Assembly: GCA_032718475.1 (NCBI GenBank)
Contig: JAUCBJ010001154.1
Coordinates: forward strand, 62,001 to 126,000
Origin: Nemertoderma westbladi
Lineage: Eukaryota > Animalia > Xenacoelomorpha
Length of the DNA stretch: 64,000 nucleotides
Direction: 5' to 3'
Numbering within the stretch: the first letter of the stretch is position 1; the number at the start of each line of letters is the position of its first letter. Position numbers and translations under genes: made by a program. Of this stretch, positions 51,189 through 64,000 are shown one piece after another. Below the pieces are notes generated by a model, which had not been told where the DNA came from, did no database searches, and worked only from the letters and a program-made list of their open reading frames with translations.

Positions 51189-52952
51189 TGGGTCAATGCC
51201 AACCATATTGACCAATGTCCCGTACGTGATTTTTGAAAGCATTTGTCATAGTGATGGTTAGAAAGAGCGATAATTTCTGCATATGAAACCAGAAAGTGCC
51301 CCAAAAATTTCTTGGCCGTTATTGAGAGAAACGTTCCGGAATGCAAAAATTGAGAAAAACTTTTTGTCACATATGGGAGATTTATAAATATTTTTTTCGT
51401 ACTTTATGTCCATATTCTTGAAAATTTTAAGTAACAGTCGTTTAATGGTGGTATTGAGGTGTCCGGCAAGAGATATCAGATCGAAGTGGAAAGTTTCCTG
51501 GTGAGAAAAAATTTAAAAATTCTGTCGCTAAAAATAATTTTTTTATAGAATGACAACACAAAGTTTCACTTTCTGGGAAACTCTGCCGTGAAAAGTGGAA
51601 CTAATTGTTTTTTTCCTGTTAATAACAATGTGATACACAAAACTGTTGCATATGGTCAACTGAAAACCGTTATTTTATATCAAAAAATTAATTTGAAAAT
51701 GTAAATAGACAGTTTTTTTGATGTCATGTATGGAACATATTGATATGGTATAGGAAGGAATTTACATGGAAACGATTATTATAAATTTTGAATCCAGTTT
51801 ATGGTCCTTCCCACTGCCAACTCCTGTTCCATTCCCAATTTCCACCCCACTCTCAACTACTGTCCCAATCTCAAAACCCTTTCCACAAACAGTTAATTTG
51901 GTAATAAATTAATTTGGTCTGTTGTCAATTAGGGGGAAGGAGTAGGTTTACAGTTTATCTGTGACTGGTAAGCCCCCAGCCATTAATTAAATGTAAGTAA
52001 TTAGTTGTTTAGACCATGATTAACTTTTCCCCCAACACAATGTCAAGTATGGGACATCCTGTCACGTTATGGGACATGGTAGTTTTTTCAACCTGGCCAA
52101 ATAAATGTTTACGTAGTGTCTTTCTGATACAACCCATACATGGAAAAACTATCTGAGAAATGATGTGAAGTGATGATCTAAATCTTGTGTTCTTGTGTCG
52201 TGGTCGTGTGTTCTAAATCTTGTGTTGAGTTCTCGTTTTCTGATAAAAAATCTCCGTTAAGTATGGGACACTTTTTTGGACCATTTTGGAGATGCTCACG
52301 GAAGATATTCATATAAACTGCTAAGTCACCAAAAATTGCCAATCTAACTGATTCAAATGGAAGAATATGAGTGGAAGTGTTAACACATCGGGTTATTGGC
52401 TCACATTTGACAATTTATATGCCATTGAATTAATAATTACCGAGTGCCACATTTGTGACAACGTGTGTCGTATTTCCCGTATGTCACGTACGGACCAAGT
52501 GAATGTTTTTGTATTTCTGATATCTCAAATTCACTTCGAAGATAAGATACGTTTATTTGTTCACAGGAATTATACTCAGCAGGGATATTAATCGTTTGGC
52601 ACCCGAATTGTAATATTAATGGCCAAAATGAGCCCATCATAAAATTTGAAAAATGTCCCGTACGTGACGATTTTTTTTAAATTCGTTGTAGCCCTTTCTA
52701 TAACAAACTGTGGTTGGAGTGTATCACAGCAGGAGGTGACCGATTATTGTGTATTCGTTGGAGTGAATCACAACAGGAGGGGACCGATTATTGTGTATTC
52801 GTTGGAGTGTATCACAGCAGGAGGTGACCGATTATAGTGTATTCGGCAATCAAATTATCAAAGCCACCCGACCATTCATTCTCAAATGATTTACATTTTT
52901 GTATATTTTTTGTCCCGTACGTGACTTGGTCAATATGGTTGGCATTGACCCA
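51189..52952. mobile_element. Non-autonomous DNA transposon of about 1.76 kb with perfect 27-bp TIRs
   Basis: TGGGTCAATGCCAACCATATTGACCAA / TTGGTCAATATGGTTGGCATTGACCCA, flanked by TATA on both sides; recurring internal TGTCCCGTACGTGA motif; no transposase ORF. Confidence 0.88.
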
Positions 52953-53097
52953 TATAAAGTGTTCACTGTTCAACTTTGCGAGTTAGTTTGACGCTCCTCT
53001 CTCTACCTTACAGGAAACAGCCAAGAGAGAGGAGCCAACGGATTGCCACCGATGTTGATGATGATGTTGATGTATAAAACAGAGATCGGAATTAAAT

Positions 53098-53706
53098 AAA
53101 AAAGTAAACTTATAATTCAGATACTGTTACATAGTATTAAGTAAAAAAAGTAAACTTATAATTCAGATACTGTTACATAGTCTTAAGTAAAAAAAGTAAA
53201 CTTATAATTCAGATACTGTTACATAGTATTAAGTAAAAAAAGTAAACTTATAATTCAGATACTGTTACATAGTCTTAAGTAAAAAAAGTAAACTTGTAAT
53301 TCAGATACTGTTACATAGTCTTAAGTAAAAAAAGTAAACTTATAATTCAGATACTGTTACATAGTCTTAAGTAAAAAAAGTAAACTTATAATTCAGATAC
53401 TGTTACATAGTATTAAGTAAAAAAAGTAAACTTATAATTCAGATACTGTTACATAGTCTTAAGTAAAAAAAGTAAACTTGTAATTCAGATACTGTTACAT
53501 AGTCTTAAGTAAAAAAAGTAAACTTATAATTCAGATACTGTTACATAGTATTAAGTAAAAAAAGTAAACTTATAATTCAGATACTGTTACATAGTATTAA
53601 GTAAAACAAGTAAACTTATAATTCAGATACTGTTACATAGTCTTAAGTAAAAAAAGTAAACTTATAATTCAGATACTGTTACATAGTATTAATTAAAAAA
53701 AAGTAA
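53098..53706. repeat. 46-bp AT-rich minisatellite, about 13 copies
   Basis: Unit AAAAAAGTAAACTTATAATTCAGATACTGTTACATAGT(A/C)TTAAGTA. Confidence 0.96.
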
Positions 53707-53724
53707 CAATATTCATTCTATAGA

Positions 53725-54123
53725 ACTGTGGGCTACCTGACTAAACATTAAATATCCTATCATTATTTACTTGCCTTTAATCCGTTCAAGCTGAAACTGG
53801 GCAGATATGTAATAGTAGACCATCAATGGTGTCTATCAATGGGTGCTAAGCCGCCTGCAGTTCTCCAGTCTGCCGCTACAGGGCGAAATGCTGATAGTGA
53901 AATCGTTCTCTCATTTCTTGATTTATGATCCGTTCAAGCTCAAACTTGTGGGATGTGTTCTAGAACTCAGTTTGCGTCTTTGTGGGGACGGTAATTGGTC
54001 TTCAATTTCTCCAGTCTGCCGCTAGTGGGCGAAATGTCTGAAGGTTTTCGTATATCTAAGTGAGATTAGTACCATTTCTTATAATGGCTCTCGTGCTGTG
54101 CGAAGGCCCCACGTACAACGTGT
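53725..54123 (+). mobile_element. 3' part of a DINE-like element (family of 11874-12884)
   Basis: Shared internal repeats and end motif CGTGCTGTGCGAAGGCCCCAC...CGTGT. Confidence 0.6.
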
Positions 54124-57100
54124 ATATTAATACAAAAGGCTATTATTATCTGTTCAAATCCATTGAGATAGGTTTGGGTCTAACGAATGAAGAGCAACAT
54201 TGTACCGCTCATAATTGAATTAAGCAGAGTTGCAGATTATCTTGCATTGTGTTTGTTTTTCACATTTTCTTTGTTGGTGTCTCTGTTGTCGGAGATGGAT
54301 CTGAGTAAATGTCGCCATATGTTGTCGGAATTCGCCATCCAGTTTACTGTAACATTCTCTGTATGATGAGCCGCATTCTTTGTACATGTAGAGCGGGATC
54401 GAGGTTGTTTACAGCTGTCGGATGATAGCCAAACTGAATTTATTGATGACTACCATCAGTTTCGTGAGATAAGTTTTTGTGTATCTAATGTAAAAGCGAC
54501 ATGCCGAGCAAAAGGGTGATACCTGTAAAAGAGCGTCTCGCTTTAAAATGTTGTACATTTATATTAGTTATGTAATTTGGATTAATTTGGTTCTATTGTC
54601 TTAAGTTTTCACCACCAATTAACATGTACAATATAATAGCTATAATATAGACTATACGGAGTCCCTATGATGTATTTTGTATAACAAATGATGTTAGTGC
54701 GAGAAGTGAAAATGGACAGTATAGTTATTAACGCGTCATTTGCGACTTGTTATTGAGTTAGGGACGTTTTTGATAAGTCGTTTGGGTTCATTCAATGTAT
54801 AGGCTAGTGTATTTATGATAAATAATTAATTGAGCGTACTAATTACTTCATAAATGATATCCATCTAGTTTTATTATTCATTTGCACATTTTTGGCGTCG
54901 AATTGTCGTGAAATTTATTACTTTCAATGAGATACGCCAATGCCAACATGTATCCCTGAGTGCACGTATATAAAGTAACGATATTCGGTTGATTTACTAA
55001 ACTATGTTAAAAATCTTCTAAATTATTTAAAATCATGTCCGTTAGAGTATGTGTTTGTGTACGAGTATCCGTTAGAGGCTCAAGTATTCATAATTTACTC
55101 GAGGATATTCTTTGTGTATCAGGTGGAAACCATGACAACCCGAATGTACTGAAACTAACTCATCTTGAAGCTGCGTTCGAGGGAGTTTTCGGTTCATGAT
55201 AGTGGATTGTGCCGGATAAAATGTATCTATTGGATTATTATTGTTAGTATATTTTAGAGTTATTTTCAGTATTTTGTAGATTATTGTGCGATGTTACAAG
55301 TATAATAGCTTCTCGAGTTTTTCTTGAACATTTCCTCAAAGAATTATGAATTGTAAAATGTTTTAAATTTAAAAACAATTCAAATTCTTTCCTAATATTT
55401 TTTACACTGTTGTGATTATATTTTGTGCCCCACAATGTGGTGTTTATGTGTTCGAATGTTACCTAGTAACATAAACGACGACCATCAGACGGGTGGAATC
55501 AAAACCTTAAATAAATAAAATAATAATAATTACATAATTACATAACTACACAATAAATTATTTACTACCTAATAACTTTCAGAAGTTCACCTCTACTTAT
55601 GTTTACAATCCATACGCTAGTGAGATTAATTTCTGACTTAAAGGAATGTTGATGATTGTCTTTTTTATTTCATACACAAGCAGGAAGTATCTTAAGGAAC
55701 ACTTACACTCTCAAATCTCAACACCCTTGCGAATAGAATCTAAATCTCACTTCCGCATCCACCGGGTACTCCATCACTCCCCATCACCAAACTACCCAGA
55801 TTCACTCTAATATCTTGCCAGAAGCTTCTCTTTGGGTAGTGGTACATCTTGAAACTGGAAATCAACATCTTATCTATAATTTGATCTGGTGATGACTCTG
55901 TGTGCGATCAACTTGGCAACATCTGCAACTTTATGATGGTGACAATAAATGTAATCCAGTTGAATTAATACACTATGCATCGCATCAATGGCAAGGTCAC
56001 CTAATGTTTGGGGATTTCGAGAAAAATAACAATTATTTATTGAACTGGAATGGAATTAACACCCCCAATATACCCTGTTTGACATCCAAGATTGCGCAAC
56101 TGGTCAAGCGTGCCATGTTTATGTATATGGATCAGTGAGTAGGGTACAGTATACACACACTTCACCTGAAGAAAACCTGGCCCATAAAATATACCTAGAA
56201 GGCCCCGAAGGCTAACAGATTGCCTCTACGGGAAGCTATGAAGGTAGATCTACCTGCATTAAAAGGACTGACAGTTTGTAGTCAGGAATGGAATGAGCCC
56301 TGCATTGCACTCAATGTAGCTTATACAACTGCCATTGTAAAAAATCGACAGTGCCCTTACCAATCTGCCACTCTGATCCTCTGTTATGCTTGCATTTCTT
56401 GCACCAGAAGGCAGATATGACGGCTACGCCACACAGCAAACTTTCATTAATTAATCATAATGACGACAATAGAGTGTGCAGAGCATAGTATGAGTTAGAA
56501 AGCCAAACTAATTTTCATGCCAGGAAAAATGAAATAGCTCCCCAGTGATGTCTCTAGCATATTGGACATATTTTATGAAATCCCCAATGTGTTGTGTCCA
56601 ATAGGTTTACTATGGTTAGTTCAGTGCTCTGTTGCTGACCTCAATAATTTCGAAATTTTACAACCAGTTCGTACGAAAGTTCTAATGAGTCATGGATCTG
56701 AAACGGAATTGAATCATCTCTATTTGAGATATTTTTATGTTTCTGTATAAACAATTGGCTCTATACCGCCACCCGATTTATGTGTACTCTTAGGGTTGCT
56801 TGTATATCTGTCGCAGATCTACATTACATACAGTGGCCTACTGCCACTCTTAGCTGTATCCAGCAGGGCCATGTCGGGTGCAATTGATGATCTGGAGGCG
56901 GCCAGAATAACAGGAGTGCTGCGGTAAAAAATAACAAGTAGGTTATTATCGCAGAATTTATGATGGAATCCATGGCATGTACCGCATTTAGTGGTGATTC
57001 CTCTATGATGCTGCAGACCTTCTGAACCGGTCGTTTTATCGTAAAGATGCAACGTTCGCATTTCGTTTACCAAGATATTCCCTGTATTTGTCTAAATAGT

Positions 57101-58089
57101 TTTAATACCAAATCGAGACGGGTGGAGGATGACTAAATATCTCAACTTTCGAACAAAGTGATCAAAATTTCACAAAACGTAGTAAGATTATTCACATACG
57201 TTCTAAATAAATTTGCATCCAAATGACAATTTCCGCTGATAGTTAGTCAAAATTATTGTCAAATATAAGAAAAGCACCCAAAAAAGTGTAGAATTCAAAT
57301 TTATTATAAAACGACAAACAGTAAAGTTTTGATGAGATTTTGGGGCGAGCCACGAAGGTATGTATGCTGTGGTATGCTAATGGTGAAGTCGATATGGACA
57401 AATCGTTTATAAAATTAGACGTAATAGTTGCAAAGAAATTAATTTACTTTATTTCCTGTCACTTCTTTATTTCTCGGGATTTGAATTAGCATCGTACTGC
57501 ATGACAGGAAGATAGGGAACTGCATGACAACTACATGTAGGGTCGTTCACAGTCAGCGGTGTATCGCTGGCCCAGCGGTACACCGCGGGGTGTAGCGTTC
57601 CGTTGGATGTGAACGGGCCTTAACGCACATCCCGGTTCTGGATTAATTGTATTTTGATATTTACAGTGATTGAAAGTAGCCAAAACGATTCACTACTTTC
57701 TAATTTTGTTTTTATTTTTCTAAAAAATTTTTTCTTGAATTTCAACCTTGGTTGGTATTCATGAAACATTGGTAACATTGACTACAAGTAGGCCCCCTAT
57801 AGGTATGCAGGTACTTTTTAACTTAAATTTTCACTTTTTAAATTCCTTCCCCTCCATCCTCGTATCCTCTGAAAGTCAGCTGTTTCCAACCACCTGTGGT
57901 TTATATAAATTTCATCCCCGTATGATATGCGAAAATGAATGGTACAACCTCCTGCTGGCTCAATAAGTAGAGGGAATCCAGTACCTTATTAATCTAGAAC
58001 TTTAGTAGTACTGAAGAATCACTAGAGGGAGCCCAAAGGCGCTTCGGCTCATTGGAGCAGGTTGCTTCTAGTGTTAGTCTTTCTGTAAT

Positions 58090-58430
58090 GACTTGTGCTA
58101 CTTTGGATCATGGATCCGGAAGTCAAGTTATGGCCTTCCTATACGTATGGGAAAAGCATGGGCAGCATTGAATAGTCTGAATGTCAAGGTTCGATTATTT
58201 AGGGTTGCAGTAGAACGAGTACTGAAATATGGGAGTCCATGTTGGTCTCTAACTGCTGAGTACACCAAATCTCTGGATGGCACTTATGGAAGAATGCTAC
58301 GCCTGGTTCATTGTGCCGAGTACAATGAACACATCTACATTTCTAATCAGAACTATACAACATTGGATTTGTCTCATCAGTCCCCCCAAGCTTGACACTT
58401 GGACGGTGCCGCCTCCGCTTTGTTGGACAT
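58090..58430 (+). mobile_element. Diverged RTE-like LINE fragment related to family A
   Basis: YFGSWI..RMGKAWAAL..RLFRVAVERVLKYGS..WSLT...SLDGTYGRML. Confidence 0.8.
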
Positions 58431-59141
58431 AGTACAACAACATATTTAAGTGGTGTGCTATAGTACGAAGTAGTAATTACAGTAATGGTTGCTTAATAGA
58501 TACGGTAAGTAAGGTACGGTACGGTTCGAATTCTGATTCGGTTGGACTCAACGAACATTTATTAAAGCAAGTATAATAGATGCTACATGAGCCAGACTCT
58601 TCAGGTAACCATAGCGGATAGGATTGCTAGCAATGGATATGGATAAGGCGAGGAATCGGTTTAGTACTGTCACATGCCTCGCAAGTGCAATATAGACAGG
58701 TTTAATTAATGTAGGTTGGGTGAAGCTGGGGTGTCACTAAGACTCTCTGATAAATATCCGGATAAAAGTCGCTTACAAACACCAAAATATATAATTAATG
58801 TCGCAAGAAAAATTTGGATAAAAAAGTCTCGCCCAAAACAATTTTCCAGCTAAAACCAATTTTCCAGACAAAAATAAATATTAATTACCGCAGAATAACT
58901 ACATAATTTCCTCCGATATTTGGTCATGGCCGGCCGCCAAGCAATAATTTTGGAAAACGTTTTATATTTACCAACTAAGGAAAAGGAGCAGGATGCAGAG
59001 ACAGTATTTTCTAACCAAAACAATAAACGATATCATTAGAAATTAATATAAAAGAGCAGGTTACAGTACCTTGATTGATACTACATTACATTTCAGTTAT
59101 ACATATTTATGTAATAATAAATAATGAATAAACATTTAAAG

Positions 59142-59281
<140 letters not shown>

Positions 59282-61308
59282 ATTTCGTTGAATTTCATTC
59301 ATTTTTGACAAAGTTATTATTGAACAAAGATAAATGGTATTATCTAAAATATCGGGAAGGTTTGAATTGTTACTTAAACTTTATATACCTATATCTTACC
59401 TTTCTTCATGAGAAAGGACTATTTCTCCCCCCATTTTTTACTGAAATTTGGTACAATACCATTGTCAATACATTTTTTGCTAAAAATGCCCTCGGGGACT
59501 TTTTGAAACAAAATGGCCACAAAAAGGCCGTTTTGTGGCGTATTAGTTGAAAATTGACTCCAAGTCTATTTTTAGTTAAAAGAGTTCAGAATAATTGAAT
59601 GCTGGGGCCTGCTGAATCATTATTCCAAATTTCGACCTATTTTTTTTTAAAACAAGGTACAAAAGCTTTTATTTCTTTTAAATTGTTAAAATTTAGTTAA
59701 TATAAATATACTGGCTGAACTATAAATTAAAATTACTAAATAAAATTATTGCGATATATAAACAGTTAGTGGTTTTTTGTTGGTTAGCAAGGCCTGCTAT
59801 GGAGGGACATAAAGCGCAGTTGAGATCGTTGATTTCGACTTATTCGAACCGATATTGGTGGAGCAATAGCCTTTTATGCAAAATGCACGGTTTGTGCCAT
59901 TTTAGAGACAATTTATATAATATTTTGTTTCACCATTTTCTTTAGCACAAAAAATAACAATTTTTACCTTGTTGAAAATAAATTCCTGGTATATATATAA
60001 TTATTTTTGTAGTGAAAAATATTTAAATTGGGGGATATAAATTTGATGCCACCGAAAACTATATTTAGTGCTAAATAATTTAATTTGTGTTAAATTATCT
60101 AATTTGGTGTGGCATTCCATTAGTGACGATATAATTAATCTATGTTTTAATCCACATTTCTGCTTGGCAGCAAAGGGGTGTGCGAATTAGCCACCCTTGG
60201 CTAAGATCTAAGTGACAGAATAAGCTGTATGATACAATGTTAAGTACAATATTATAATATATTAATTTCTATATTTATATGCCAACAATAATTAATATCA
60301 TATTGATAATAACATACTCTTTACATTGCTCGCCGTTGTTATTGCAATCAATTTGTCTATGCAGTAATATTATTTTGACTATGCATAGATTTAATAAATG
60401 AAAAAATATAAAACTTACATTTTATTTTAAATGTTAAAAATTTTAAGTATTTAAAGATTATGAAGCGTTATTTATAGCTGATTATATAATATTATAGTGT
60501 CATTCCGTATATATTTGTATTAATAAAGTTATTTATGGATCCACAAACACGTATTGTCTAGTAAACATTTCAACGAACCAAGGCGTTCTAGAACGCCTTG
60601 CAATGAACAAATCAACTTTTGTATTTGATTAGTGAAGCACGCATTCCTTCATTTCTTACAATAACGTTTTATAAACCTCAGTTACTATGGAGTTGTCAAA
60701 TGATAAGCAGAAGGAGAAAGACCAATCGCTAAAAAAGTAAGATACATCTTGAAAGGTCTAATATTATGTAGTAATAATAATGTGTACAGTATTACTTATG
60801 TGTGGTTTGTTACATCAATGAACTTATTGAGTGACAGTGCAAATAGTGACAAGGATCAGACAAGTATGCCAATGTATAATGTTGTTGGGTTATCGTAATG
60901 TAACATTCGTTTCGGTGGCATTTCTCAAATTTAATAATAATTGATCGCGATATTGAAGTATGAAATGTTTGCAGTTTATTTTAAATATTTCACCAACATT
61001 ATTATTCCAAAGTTATTGTACTTGTACTTGTAGTTATTTGGTCCAGGTATTAAACCTAAGAATATGGTTATTTAATATTGTTATTTAATATTTAGATTTT
61101 TTAAAATTGAACAAAGAATAATAATATATGTCATTTTAATTGTTAAGAGTTCGCACAAGCAAGCTTAACAAACAATTCAAATTAATTTTTAAATTATTTA
61201 CAGTTACAGCCGGTTTTTTTAAATTACATATTTAAACAATGTCCTTCACCAAATTATAAGCTCAATTAATTTGGCAAACCTTCATAGATAAAGCTCACCA
61301 TCATTATC

Positions 61309-62592
61309 TTACTCACCAACACGGCCACAAGCGCAAAGGGCCATTAAAGCAAACAAAAAAGGCAGAATGGTCAAACTAAGCAATGAAGCTGCCATTTGGA
61401 ATCCGCAATCATCAATTAGAATCCCACCAAATAGCGCACCTAGTAAAAAACCAACAGAATATGAGATTCTAAGAGCTTGTTGAAGAACAGCCCTGGTATC
61501 AATGTTGTCGGGGTGACCGCATACTCTAACAGCCAGACGAGTTTGTGTTTCAAATGCAGGAATCGACATTAACCCGGCTCCCAATCCATATATAGCCAAG
61601 GAGCTTAAAGATATGTTTAAGGAGTAAGGTATTCCCAATATCTCAGTTGGCCCTACGAGTTGCATTGTGCCAAACATTATTGTTCCACCAATAAAAGTTG
61701 GGTATATTGTATTGAAATTGAACTTCTTAATCAAAACCGTTATTATGAGAGCGATACAAGTCTCGCTCACTGGTTGAATCGTATATGCTAAACCAATATT
61801 ATATTGGTTAACATAATAGTAGCTGTGAATATAAGAAGCATAATAAGCCACTGTGAAATATAACATCATTGTATTGTAGAAGTGGAATATATAGATTATT
61901 GTGATTGCTGGGTTCTTCAGCAATCCGAGATATGTTGGTCGTCCCTCATTAGATTCATCTCTATCGTAAAGGTAAGGAGGAGCCTCGAGCCAGCAGTAAA
62001 GAACACCAATGAGAAACATCAAACTCGATATGATAAATGGATATTCAAAACCCATTGAAGCAAAAACGGCTGATCCGAAAACTGGAGCGATAGCATAGCT
62101 GACCGCGGAAAGAACAATTGATATACCAGCTAAGAAACTTCTGTGGTTTGGCATCAATTCCATTAATAAATTGTAGGAGTAAATGTAACTGATGTTGAGA
62201 CCTATTCCTTGTATCAGGCGCAGCAAAAAGCATGTGAATATGTGTCCTCCGTTGTTAGGAATGTATTCTACAAATCCAAAGAGTAACTGGCCGATCGTTC
62301 CAATCACACCGGATATTCCTAAGGAACTTCGCGTTCCCCAGTTGGTGATGGAATGCGGGAAACCAATGTAAATAATGATCTGTACGAGGGGATAGATAGC
62401 AAACAGGGAACCAATGAGGGTCTTAGACCAACCACGCTTTTCCACAACGATAGGGAAAAATGTTTCTAGCAGAGTCATGGCCCATCCGGGTATTAACTGG
62501 AATACCATCAGTAAAGAAACCAACACAGTAAGTCTCCATCCATGAGGTTTATTTGTTGGAGTTTGGTTAAGAGAAAGTGTTTCATCCAACAT
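61309..62592 (-). CDS. MFS transporter, SLC18B1/vesicular amine transporter-like, single exon, about 427 aa
   Basis: About 12 hydrophobic segments; FFP....RG...IG.LFAIY, LRLIQGIG, APVFGS....GFEYPF, LVGP, FLLGALFGG.L....GF motifs. First ATG at 62592 (the track starts at a TTG). Confidence 0.88.
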   Translation of the reverse strand: MLDETLSLNQTPTNKPHGWRLTVLVSLLMVFQLIPGWAMTLLETFFPIVVEKRGWSKTLIGSLFAIYPLVQIIIYIGFPHSITNWGTRSSLGISGVIGTIGQLLFGFVEYIPNNGGHIFTCFLLRLIQGIGLNISYIYSYNLLMELMPNHRSFLAGISIVLSAVSYAIAPVFGSAVFASMGFEYPFIISSLMFLIGVLYCWLEAPPYLYDRDESNEGRPTYLGLLKNPAITIIYIFHFYNTMMLYFTVAYYASYIHSYYYVNQYNIGLAYTIQPVSETCIALIITVLIKKFNFNTIYPTFIGGTIMFGTMQLVGPTEILGIPYSLNISLSSLAIYGLGAGLMSIPAFETQTRLAVRVCGHPDNIDTRAVLQQALRISYSVGFLLGALFGGILIDDCGFQMAASLLSLTILPFLFALMALCACGRVGE

Positions 62593-63174
62593 TATGAATA
62601 TCAAATAATTTTAATTTTGATTTGAATACAAAACTGTTCTAATGTTTATTGTGTTTATTTGTTTTATCTCACAAGGCTTATTATAAGCGGTATAATTCCT
62701 AGAAGGTTATTGCTGATTCTCCACTTGTCTCTTAAACTAAACATTTATTATAAAAGGTCATAAAAATAATTTCATCAGCTGCTGAAAAATTGGTTGGTGG
62801 ATTAGGTACAATGAGTGGGTGGTGCCGTAGGGTTGCAACAGTTGTTAGTTGATAGAGGCATATAACGAACAATACCAACAATTATTGGGAAATAATCCCT
62901 CTGTTTTACTTGTATTGTTTTTATTGGTTACAACAGCCGGTCTGATATTGGTTTTATTGAAATTGGAAATTACTACTTTAGGTTGAGCCACATCAGATCT
63001 CTTATGTGTAGGTTGGAAGAAAAGGTTGGAGACGTTAGGCATCGTGACGTTTTCGGTTTGTCATGGTATGCCACAGTCGTAGACATGTACTGTACACCGA
63101 TCACACATTCGTTGGGCCGTCGCGTACTACTCACCTACTAAAGTTTGATTTAATTCCGAACCAGCGATGCTGAG

Positions 63175-63638
63175 TATGGGAGTCCATGCTGGGCTCTAAC
63201 TGCAGGGGATACCAAATCTCTGGATGGCACTGTCACAAGAATGCGGCGCCGGGTTCATTGTGTTAAATACAATGAACACATCTCAAATTAGAGTCTATAC
63301 AACATTAGAGGTGTTCCATTAATCTCCCCTTGCTTGACACTTGAACACCGCCTCCGCTTTGCAGGACATTGCATTCGCCGTGAGGACCAGCCAGTGCATG
63401 ATCTTGTGCTTTGGCGCCCTCATGGAGCGAATAAGCATAGTGGACAGCCCATGACTTTCTTGAGACGCATCTTAAACGACACTGGCCTTGAGAATGCGGA
63501 TGATCTAGCAAATGTCATGGGTGATAGGGAGTTGTGGCGGTGCAATTTAGCCGACAAGCCGCCGCAGCATTCTTAATATATATGTAATATATATATATAA
63601 TGAGGCTGCAATGCAGGATGCCGATTGTAGTAGTAGTA
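63175..63638 (+). mobile_element. RTE-like LINE 3' fragment, family A
   Basis: Homologous to 24781-25251; (TAG)n tail; probable TSD AGCGATGC(T/C)GAG on both sides. Confidence 0.85.
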
Positions 63639-64000
63639 GCGATGCCGAGAAATTAGCGTTCAAACATTTACCAGACAGACAGGCAGGCAGACAGAGAGAC
63701 AGACAAAGGCTCGCCGACTACGTGGCTCGCCCCACCCACGCACATTACGGAATCTAATGGAAGGTAAGAATGAAGCTGATGAGGTGATCTCATCATCGTG
63801 TTTACAGGTTCACCAGGATTCATTGTATATGAAACCCTCTGCAGTATCGGCAATGATAAAGCTAAACTATCTGCGCCTTTATTTTCAATATCAATATATT
63901 ACATTATTGCATTCTAGCGATAATAAACAACCAGATAATGCCAGGGAAATTAATTAATTACGCCTGTATTCGGTCTAAGTTATTAACCCCTATTGTTTCT

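Noticed and set aside
54220-54525. Possible minus-strand exon with a CSAC motif
   Set aside because: All three frames after the acceptor-like site close quickly; no LIM pattern or other recognisable homology.
57539-57622. Tiny palindromic element (AGGGTCGTTCACA...TGTGAACGGGCCT)
   Set aside because: Possibly a Harbinger-type mini-MITE, but single copy here with imperfect TIRs; insufficient support.

Overview
AT-rich eukaryotic (most likely invertebrate animal) genomic DNA with spliceosomal introns; no prokaryotic features and no CRISPR array. Supported genes: a 3-exon tandem-doublecortin/EMAP (DCX-EMAP-like) gene (minus, 17674-10127, about 1286 aa); a LIM-homeobox Lhx3/4 gene (minus, five phase-compatible exons 44771-36304, candidate first exon near 50.5 kb); an intronless SLC18B1-like MFS transporter (minus); a probable terminal exon at 5.4-5.7 kb; and a small MGNC-start orphan ORF. 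The rest is satellites, MITEs, RTE-type LINE 3' fragments, a decayed Transib transposase and SINEs. The most notable item is a 413-bp mobile unit, present at two loci with target-site duplications, that fuses a tRNA-like Pol III promoter directly to a type I hammerhead ribozyme. Its tandem, circularly permuted and 5'-inverted insertions point to retrotransposition from a circular or multimeric RNA (retrozyme-like). All coordinates were read by eye and may be off by a few bases.
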